A stretch of 64,000 nt of DNA, from positions 3,942,910 to 4,006,909 of the forward strand of contig OY282382.1 of the NCBI GenBank assembly GCA_958295905.1, read 5' to 3'. Source of the stretch: an uncultured Vicinamibacterales bacterium (GTDB lineage Bacteria > Acidobacteriota > Vicinamibacteria > Vicinamibacterales > UBA8438). Of the stretch, positions 48,401 to 57,106 are shown piece by piece (the first letter of the stretch is position 1; the number at the start of each line of letters is the position of its first letter). The notes under the pieces were generated by a model, which was not told the origin of the DNA, did not search any database, and was given only the letters and a program-made list of their open reading frames with translations. The position numbers were made by a program, and so were the translations under genes.

Positions 48401-51400
48401 CCGGGGCGTGAACCCCGGCGACACTGGAGCACCCACAGCAGCCGCCGGCTGACCTTGCCCATCGCTCAACGAAGGCCGGGGCGTGAACCCCGGCGACACT
48501 TCACAGAAAGCTCGGCGTCAGTTCTTGGCACGTCAACGCTCAACGAAGGCCGGGGCGTGAACCCCGGCGACACTTCTCGAGCCGCCCGCGCCACGCCTTG
48601 AGCTCGGCGTTCGCTCAACGAAGGCCGGGGCGTGAACCCCGGCGACACTCCGCGGACCTCGAACGGCCGCGAGAGCGAGTGGGTCGCTCAACGAAGGCCG
48701 GGGCGTGAACCCCGGCGACACGGGGCCGCCCGGCGACATGGAGTGGCTGACAGCGCACGCTCAACGAAGGCCGGGGCGTGAACCCCGGCGACACCATCAC
48801 GAGGTCGGCGGTCTCCCCGCGGCCGTCGCGCGCTCAACGAAGGCCGGGGCGTGAACCCCGGCGACACGCGATACAGCGGAGGAATCTACCACGGAGGCAA
48901 CCTCGCTCAACGAAGGCCGGGGCGTGAACCCCGGCGACACTGCGACCTCTCCGTTGCTCAACCTCGTCAGCCGGATCGCTCAACGAAGGCCGGGGCGTGA
49001 ACCCCGGCGACACCCGCCGCGATGCTCTCGCTGCAGCGGCTAGGGCTCACGCACGCTCAACGAAGGCCGGGGCGTGAACCCCGGCGACACGCTCTGGGCG
49101 GACGGGCCCAGCGCGCCGCCAAGCGCGCGCTCAACGAAGGCCGGGGCGTGAACCCCGGCGACACTCCAAGCCGTTGCGGACGCCGCCGCGGCGGCCGGCG
49201 GGGAACGCTCAACGAAGGCCGGGGCGTGAACCCCGGCGACACCCTCCAGAGCGAATCCGACCGCCACCGGGTCGTAGACCGCTCAACGAAGGCCGGGGCG
49301 TGAACCCCGGCGACACGGCTTGAAGTGCATCTTGGCCTGAGCCTTGGCTGTCGCTCAACGAAGGCCGGGGCGTGAACCCCGGCGACACAACGCCGCCCTC
49401 GCGTGCGCGGCGTTCCTCGCGGCCGCTCAACGAAGGCCGGGGCGTGAACCCCGGCGACACCTGTTGCAACTTCCCACGACTGCCCGCCCAGCCCGCCGCG
49501 CTCAACGAAGGCCGGGGCGTGAACCCCGGCGACACCTGTCTCCCACCTTCGGCCCGCGCCCCGCGAGCGAACGCTCAACGAAGGCCGGGGCGTGAACCCC
49601 GGCGACACACGCCGGCCACGAGCATGTAGTGCGTCGCGCCCATCGCTCAACGAAGGCCGGGGCGTGAACCCCGGCGACACTGGTGGTGTGCGGCCCTGAC
49701 GGCCGCCGAGGACGATGGCGCTCAACGAAGGCCGGGGCGTGAACCCCGGCGACACGTGCGAGGCGGCGTCATTCAGCGCGGCGAAGGAAGCCGCTCAACG
49801 AAGGCCGGGGCGTGAACCCCGGCGACACTCGAGCCACTCGGCCTCGAGCAGGCCCGAGTCTATCGCGCTCAACGAAGGCCGGGGCGTGAACCCCGGCGAC
49901 ACCCTCCAGCACCGCCGCCCCGACATCCCCCGACCGACCCGCTCAACGAAGGCCGGGGCGTGAACCCCGGCGACACTCGGGCCTCCGCAGTTGCGCGGGT
50001 GCTGGCTAGTCCGCGTCGCTCAACGAAGGCCGGGGCGTGAACCCCGGCGACACCGCACATGGATGTGGCTCGTCGCCACATTTTCAACATCGCTCAACGA
50101 AGGCCGGGGCGTGAACCCCGGCGACACGCCGACGGCGTGAAGGGGGCCGATCTCAAGGCCGCCCCCGCTCAACGAAGGCCGGGGCGTGAACCCCGGCGAC
50201 ACGCGGAGCAGCGCGGATGCAATGTCACCGGATCTGCCCCCGCTCAACGAAGGCCGGGGCGTGAACCCCGGCGACACCACCAAGCCGCCCGCCAACCGGG
50301 ACACGTCGTCCGCCGTCGCTCAACGAAGGCCGGGGCGTGAACCCCGGCGACACTGCCGCAGTCGCCGAACGTCAACGGCCTCATCGTGCGCTCAACGAAG
50401 GCCGGGGCGTGAACCCCGGCGACACCTGCCCCGGTGCCGCGGGCGCGCCCGCCACCCGCGTCGCTCAACGAAGGCCGGGGCGTGAACCCCGGCGACACGC
50501 ACCCGTATACCCATAGTCCCCATAGGCCCGGAACGCTCAACGAAGGCCGGGGCGTGAACCCCGGCGACACCCGCGCGGCTCATCCGCCCGCGCGAACCGT
50601 CAGCCGCTCAACGAAGGCCGGGGCGTGAACCCCGGCGACACCACGAGCCATCCGGCGGCGATCGTCTTGCCCGACTCCGCTCAACGAAGGCCGGGGCGTG
50701 AACCCCGGCGACACACGAAATCACGCAGGATTTGCCGGCGTTCTTCGTATCGCTCAACGAAGGCCGGGGCGTGAACCCCGGCGACACCCGGCGTATCCGC
50801 GCCGCCGTCGATTTCGGCGCGGACGGCGCTCAACGAAGGCCGGGGCGTGAACCCCGGCGACACCTCCTGGGTGGATGGCCCTGATTGGCCCTTGCTGACT
50901 GCGCTCAACGAAGGCCGGGGCGTGAACCCCGGCGACACCGCCGCGCAGGGCGGCGCACGCGCACGGCAGTTCGGGCTCGCTCAACGAAGGCCGGGGCGTG
51001 AACCCCGGCGACACTCCCGGAGCGGCTACAAGACCATCGTCGATCTCGACGGGCGCTCAACGAAGGCCGGGGCGTGAACCCCGGCGACACCCCGGCGCGC
51101 CGATGGCCCGCGCTTCATCGAGCTCGTCCGCTCAACGAAGGCCGGGGCGTGAACCCCGGCGACACCGCTGCCGCGATCCGGTGTGGGGGGCCGTCAAGTC
51201 CGCTCAACGAAGGCCGGGGCGTGAACCCCGGCGACACTCAGAGCGTCCGCCGCGCCGGAGCGGCTTAGTGCACGCTCAACGAAGGCCGGGGCGTGAACCC
51301 CGGCGACACTGGGCGTGGGCGGCGTGGCCGCCGGGATGCATCTCGCTCAACGAAGGCCGGGGCGTGAACCCCGGCGACACCCGCTCAGTGACTCTGTGGC

Positions 51401-54099
51401 GAACACGGCATGACTGATCGCTCAACGAAGGCCGGGGCGTGAACCCCGGCGACACCGGCAAACCGATCGGCCAGCTAGCCGCCGATTCCCGTCACCGCTC
51501 AACGAAGGCCGGGGCGTGAACCCCGGCGACACGCGCAGGGCGGCGCACGCGCACGGCAGTCCTCGTTCGCTCAACGAAGGCCGGGGCGTGAACCCCGGCG
51601 ACACCCGGGGTCGGATGTCCCGGACGGGCCGATGGTGTGGGCGCTCAACGAAGGCCGGGGCGTGAACCCCGGCGACACACGTCGAGGCCGCGGTCGATCA
51701 GGTCGGCGACGAGCGCCCGCTCAACGAAGGCCGGGGCGTGAACCCCGGCGACACTGCCCAGCGCCGCGTAGTTCAGCGGCCGAGTCACTGCGCTCAACGA
51801 AGGCCGGGGCGTGAACCCCGGCGACACGCCGGCGCTGGCTGAGCTCGATACCGCGCTCGGTGCGCTCAACGAAGGCCGGGGCGTGAACCCCGGCGACACC
51901 CGCCCGGACCCCTGCCGCGGCGCGATGCTCTCACCAGCGCTCAACGAAGGCCGGGGCGTGAACCCCGGCGACACTCGCCCGGACGGCGGTGCTCAAGGCC
52001 GCCCGGGCGCGCTCAACGAAGGCCGGGGCGTGAACCCCGGCGACACCAGGCGGCGCGTCGATCCCGGAGCCCACCGTCTGGAGCGCTCAACGAAGGCCGG
52101 GGCGTGAACCCCGGCGACACCGGTGCGAAGCCGGATGCGCCGGCCGCCACCTGGACGCGCTCAACGAAGGCCGGGGCGTGAACCCCGGCGACACTTGAGG
52201 GCGTGGCGAATCTCCTGCCCGTTGAGCGGGGCGCTCAACGAAGGCCGGGGCGTGAACCCCGGCGACACGCCAACACGGCGGCGCAGCGGGCCGCCGTCCA
52301 AGCCGCTCAACGAAGGCCGGGGCGTGAACCCCGGCGACACTCCAGCCGGCGGGGCGGGCCCGGAGGTCGGCGTCGTGCGCTCAACGAAGGCCGGGGCGTG
52401 AACCCCGGCGACACAGTTCGACCTCGCGGATGAAGTCGCCGAGCAGCTGCGCTCAACGAAGGCCGGGGCGTGAACCCCGGCGACACGTCCTGGTTGCCGA
52501 CGAGCGTGCCCTCGAACGCGCTCGCTCAACGAAGGCCGGGGCGTGAACCCCGGCGACACGCCAGTGCCGCGGGTGCATCGCAGCGCGGCGGAGAGGCGCT
52601 CAACGAAGGCCGGGGCGTGAACCCCGGCGACACTCGATCTTGTGGGTCCAGGTCCTCACGCTCACGCGCGCTCAACGAAGGCCGGGGCGTGAACCCCGGC
52701 GACACTCGAGTCGGCCGCGCAGGTGACCCTCTGGCCCGGGCGCTCAACGAAGGCCGGGGCGTGAACCCCGGCGACACGACCTGCTGGGCGCGATCCAGCT
52801 CTGGCTAGTCCGCTCGCTCAACGAAGGCCGGGGCGTGAACCCCGGCGACACGCGGGCATCTGGGGGGCGCACTAGATGGTACCGAGGCTCGCTCAACGAA
52901 GGCCGGGGCGTGAACCCCGGCGACACCCGCGGCGCGTGCTGTGCACGGTCTGCACCGATCGCGCTCAACGAAGGCCGGGGCGTGAACCCCGGCGACACCT
53001 GGAGCCGGTGCAATGCCGGCGGCCGATGCGGGAGCGCTCAACGAAGGCCGGGGCGTGAACCCCGGCGACACCGCCGGCGGCGCGTTGAGCACGTCGACCC
53101 GCCGCAGCGCTCAACGAAGGCCGGGGCGTGAACCCCGGCGACACAGGCGCTCGAAGCCGCGGCGGAAGCCCGCGACGACGCTCAACGAAGGCCGGGGCGT
53201 GAACCCCGGCGACACATCCGCCATGCGGCTGTTGGCGGCGTTCATGTGGCGCGCTCAACGAAGGCCGGGGCGTGAACCCCGGCGACACTCTATCGTATGG
53301 GTCCAGGTCCTCACGCTCACGTGCGCTCAACGAAGGCCGGGGCGTGAACCCCGGCGACACCCCACGCGCGGCACCGCGTGCAGTAGACACCCTCCTCCAG
53401 CGCTCAACGAAGGCCGGGGCGTGAACCCCGGCGACACCGTACCGCAGGGCGGTGCCGGTGACGCGGCGCGACTCGCTCAACGAAGGCCGGGGCGTGAACC
53501 CCGGCGACACACCCGACGGTTCGGCCAGGCGGCGGTCACGCATCCATCGCTCAACGAAGGCCGGGGCGTGAACCCCGGCGACACGCGCCCGACAGCCCGG
53601 CAGTGCCGAGCTGGATGACCTCGCTCAACGAAGGCCGGGGCGTGAACCCCGGCGACACTGGCGTGTCTCGCACTGTCCGGCATGGAGGCGCCTCCCGCGC
53701 TCAACGAAGGCCGGGGCGTGAACCCCGGCGACACGTGAAGGGGACGCCGACGCGGACGGCGCCGATGGAACGCTCAACGAAGGCCGGGGCGTGAACCCCG
53801 GCGACACTGGTCCGGCGTCATCGGGCCGCCCGCCGCGTGGCCCGCTCAACGAAGGCCGGGGCGTGAACCCCGGCGACACGTCCCGCATCGCCACCAGAAG
53901 CCGAGCGTCCCGTCCGCTCAACGAAGGCCGGGGCGTGAACCCCGGCGACACCCGCGTCCGCGTTCGAGGTCTGCGCCTGCATCGCGGCCGCTCAACGAAG
54001 GCCGGGGCGTGAACCCCGGCGACACTCGACACGCCGGCCGGGACGGCGTTCCGCGCCCGGGTCGCTCAACGAAGGCCGGGGCGTGAACCCCGGCGACAC
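39471..54099 (-). CRISPR. CRISPR array with a 36-bp repeat and about 200 spacers of 35-41 bp
   Basis: The plus-strand repeat is gctcaacgaaggccggggcgtgaaccccggcgacac. The transcribed (minus) form is GTGTCGCCGGGGTTCACGCCCCGGCCTTCGTTGAGC, a 7-bp stem plus an 11-nt 3' tail. The period is 72-77 bp. A degenerate repeat at the 39.6-kb end and the leader and cas2 at the 54.1-kb end set the orientation. The count is estimated from length divided by period. Confidence 0.97.
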
Positions 54100-54293
54100 C
54101 CTAATCATACGTAGGGGGCTGCATCAAGACGAACGTGTCCCGTTCAGAGGACATCCGAAGTTCGCCAGTGGCGCAGCTTGCGGTCCTGCGAGGCATCGTT
54201 GAACCCTATTCCGTCGGTGAGGTCCGGTTCAAGTCTGACAATGACGCCCGACCCCCTATGGCCGTTCAGAATCACCGGGGGTTCGCAGGTAGA
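54100..54293 (-). promoter_or_regulatory. CRISPR leader
   Basis: 194-bp non-coding, visibly lower-GC stretch between the cas2 stop and the first perfect repeat. Confidence 0.7.
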
Positions 54294-54584
54294 TCAAATC
54301 ACCCAGGGCTGACCGAGTTCGTGACGCTGGCCTCGCCCGAAACGGAGCGTTGCGTCGTCGATACGGCCGGGGAAGCGATAGACGATCACCGAGTCGCGTT
54401 GGTGATCAATCACGTCCTGGACCTCGCCGATCATGCGGGTCAGCTTGGTGGGAGAGAGCCGGCACTCGAAGACCGAGAGCTGCACGCGGATGCCGTACTT
54501 CTCGCAGACCTCGGCTACACGCTTGAGCCGCGATGCCCCATCCCCCTCCGTGTCGGCGATGTCGTAGGTGACGAGGACGTCCAT
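54294..54584 (-). CDS. cas2: CRISPR-associated endoribonuclease Cas2
   Basis: MDVLVTYDI...RLKRVAEVCEKYGIRVQLSVFEC. ATG at 54584, 4 nt after the cas1 stop. Confidence 0.9.
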   Translation of the reverse strand: MDVLVTYDIADTEGDGASRLKRVAEVCEKYGIRVQLSVFECRLSPTKLTRMIGEVQDVIDHQRDSVIVYRFPGRIDDATLRFGRGQRHELGQPWVI

Positions 54585-54588
54585 CGCT

Positions 54589-55605
54589 TCATGGCAGCAC
54601 GAACGGCGGATACGCCGGCAGATCACCGCGGAGGTGACGGGCGAGCAGAGTCGCCTGGACCGACGGCAGCGCCCAGCGGCCTATCTGGCGACCCAAGAGC
54701 GGATGCCGGATCTCGGCTTCCTTGTGTTCCTCCCAAGCCTTGATCAGACCCGTCCGACCGTCGTCGCTCAGGTAGACGCCGCCTCCCGGCACCTGGACGA
54801 AGCTGTCGTGGCCGACTTGCCGGCGGCGAATCAGGGACACGACGAATCGGTCTGTCAGGGCGCGCTGCTCCTCGGCAAGGTCCAGGGCGAGCGAGGGGCG
54901 GCCGGCACGCGGACGATGGAAGAAGCCCATCTGGTAATCCAGGCCGACGCTCTCCGCCGCGCCGATGCACTCCGTCACCAGCAAGCCGTAGCAAAATCCG
55001 AGCATGGCGTTGACGGGGTCCCGGGGCGGCCGACGTGTTCTTGCCGAGAAATCCAGGTCACTCGACGCGAGGGCCTGACCGACCGCGCGAAAGTAGATTC
55101 TGGCCGCATCGCCTTCAATACCCCGAATGTGGTCCGCAGTTTCGGCGTCGACCAGTCGAGCGATCCGCTCCCGGATCTGGGCGCCGCGAGCCGCGAGCCG
55201 TTCTGCCTCGGCGGCATTCTTCTCATCGCGCGACCACCGATCGACGACCTTCCGGCTGTTCTGGAGCTTCGCCGCAACAATTGCCTTGGACAGGGCGAGC
55301 GACTTGACGTCGTCCATGGCGGTCCGGAACAGCGCCGTACGCAAATGCACGTTCCCGCCGGTCGCGCCGTTGACGACGAACCGGATGGCTCCGCTCATGT
55401 GGAGCGCGGCCACGCGAACACCGCGGCGCACGCACGCATCCAGAGCCTGGGTGGTGACCTGCGCGCCGCCCAGCACGACCAGAGCGTCAATCGCTTCGAG
55501 CGGAATCCGCTGACTCCCGTCCGGCGAGGACACGAGCAGCGACCCGCGGCGATGCTGCACGCGGGCGCGATGGTTGCGGACGTACACGGTGCTCAGGTAG
55601 CGCAT
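54589..55605 (-). CDS. cas1: CRISPR-associated integrase Cas1
   Basis: 338 aa with the Cas1 pattern (IEGDAARIYF, NAMLGFCYGLL, DLAEE). It is not fused to Cas4. Confidence 0.9.
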   Translation of the reverse strand: MRYLSTVYVRNHRARVQHRRGSLLVSSPDGSQRIPLEAIDALVVLGGAQVTTQALDACVRRGVRVAALHMSGAIRFVVNGATGGNVHLRTALFRTAMDDVKSLALSKAIVAAKLQNSRKVVDRWSRDEKNAAEAERLAARGAQIRERIARLVDAETADHIRGIEGDAARIYFRAVGQALASSDLDFSARTRRPPRDPVNAMLGFCYGLLVTECIGAAESVGLDYQMGFFHRPRAGRPSLALDLAEEQRALTDRFVVSLIRRRQVGHDSFVQVPGGGVYLSDDGRTGLIKAWEEHKEAEIRHPLLGRQIGRWALPSVQATLLARHLRGDLPAYPPFVLP

Positions 55606-56210
55606 CCGAATACGGCGTCGGCCATGTACCGCTCTACCTTACGGGGCCTGCTCGTGAGCTCGGGCAAACAGTGGTGCAGTAGCTGGCATTCCGCACACCG
55701 GCGGTCGTTGGGCGCGTCCGGCAGATCGGCCGTCAGCATCTGCTTCCGGATCTCGTGGATGACGGTCTGCACGTCGTGGCGCAACTCCACCGTGAAATCG
55801 ACCAGAACGCGGCGCCGCGGTCCGCCGTACCACACATGGCCGTGCGGCACGGCGGCGTCGAACATCTCCTCGAGACACAGCGCCTGCGCGCACAGCTGGA
55901 GATCCGCAGCCATTCCATGCCGTACACCCGCCTTGTATTCGACGGGATGGACCGCTCCATCGTCTACTTCGACTGCATCGGCGCGGCCCGACAGTCCCAG
56001 TCTCTCGGACCAGAGCGGGATGGAGCGAAGTATCTGTCGCCCCCGTTCACGGCGATGCTGGCCGCTGTCGACCCGGCGATGCGCGCGCATGCCCTTCACG
56101 GTGTGGACGTTGTCGCTCCAGACGCCGTCGCAATGGATCAGGGCGCATTGGCGCGGACAGTACGCGAAGTGCTCAATGGCGGAGATCGGAACGACGGGCT
56201 CGGTGTTCAC
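55593..56210 (-). CDS. cas4: CRISPR-associated exonuclease Cas4
   Basis: FAYCPRQ N-terminal Cys, the GRADAVE...PVEYK nuclease motif and C-terminal CAECQLLHHC. It overlaps cas1 by 13 nt. Confidence 0.9.
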   Translation of the reverse strand: MNTEPVVPISAIEHFAYCPRQCALIHCDGVWSDNVHTVKGMRAHRRVDSGQHRRERGRQILRSIPLWSERLGLSGRADAVEVDDGAVHPVEYKAGVRHGMAADLQLCAQALCLEEMFDAAVPHGHVWYGGPRRRVLVDFTVELRHDVQTVIHEIRKQMLTADLPDAPNDRRCAECQLLHHCLPELTSRPRKVERYMADAVFGCAT

Positions 56211-57106
56211 AACCGTTCAGGTCCGAATGCTCTGGTCGTGTCGGCCGAGCCTCTGGGGTCAAACCGGACGCTCCGCCACCCCGCGTGGACGCCCACCCGC
56301 GGCCATGTGACTCTGTTCTCGGGGTTCCACACGTCCATCAGCGCGTCGATGCCGGCACTATCGAGTGGCCGGCTCCATGCAGGCCAGTGGAAGCGGCGCG
56401 GAGCGCGACTCTCCGAAGCGCTTCGCCATCCCCTCTGCCTCTCACGCACGTCTGCGTATCGGTCCAGCCGCCGGTCGGCCCCGCGACCCCGTACGGGCAG
56501 CATCGCGAGGCCGAAGAACGCGAGCACCTCGACCACGGGGTCGATCCACATCGAGGTCACGTCCGACTGCGAGCCAAGCCTAGTCTGGTCGAATCCTAGT
56601 CCATTGTCCTGCACGCGTGCGGCATGACCAGCCAACGACTCTCGGAGCTGGGCCGACGAGAGATCCACTCGCGCATGGAGCTTCATCAGCCGATGATGCA
56701 GCCACTTGATCGTTCCCGGGCCGGCAGGATCCAGGGGAGCGTGCGCGACCTCGCCGTTCTCGTCGACGCACAGATCGGTCATGGTCGACGACAGCGTCCA
56801 GGAATATCGGTGACCTCGCGCCGCTCGTGCTCGGGCAACGAACGCTTCCACCGGTACCTTGCGTCGAACTTCCCCAGCTCCGCGCCAGTTCTTGGCAATC
56901 GGCAGGTCAGACAGCAACGCCTCGTCCGGCCATGACTCGACAATGGCCGCGACCGGATCGACTTCGTTGGCTGAGAGCACCGCCAGGGGCTCGCCGTCCG
57001 TCGTCCAGTGCAGTCGGATCCGGGAATCCAGCACGGTCGCGCCCACCGCCGCGAGCCAGCCGTTGAGCCAGTCAGCCGGCAAGCCGGGACACGTCACCTG
57101 GGTCAT
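56207..57106 (-). CDS. Type I-U large-subunit candidate (Csb3/Csx17/Cas8u-like), only 299 aa
   Basis: The ATG at 57106 overlaps the cas3 stop (ATGA). The N-terminus CPGLPADWLNGWLAAVGATVL resembles the Cas8u/Csx17 start (GC..PL..YLKALG..RL). The position between cas3 and cas4 fits. Confidence 0.55.
   Translation of the reverse strand: MTQVTCPGLPADWLNGWLAAVGATVLDSRIRLHWTTDGEPLAVLSANEVDPVAAIVESWPDEALLSDLPIAKNWRGAGEVRRKVPVEAFVARARAARGHRYSWTLSSTMTDLCVDENGEVAHAPLDPAGPGTIKWLHHRLMKLHARVDLSSAQLRESLAGHAARVQDNGLGFDQTRLGSQSDVTSMWIDPVVEVLAFFGLAMLPVRGRGADRRLDRYADVRERQRGWRSASESRAPRRFHWPAWSRPLDSAGIDALMDVWNPENRVTWPRVGVHAGWRSVRFDPRGSADTTRAFGPERL

Noticed and set aside
39369-54032. Dozens of 60-300-aa ORFs on both strands with reiterated peptides ([39 protein letters not shown]).
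   Set aside because: They are translations of the 36-bp CRISPR repeat in different frames, with spacers between. The periodicity of 24-25 codons and the lack of any unique domain show they are not genes.
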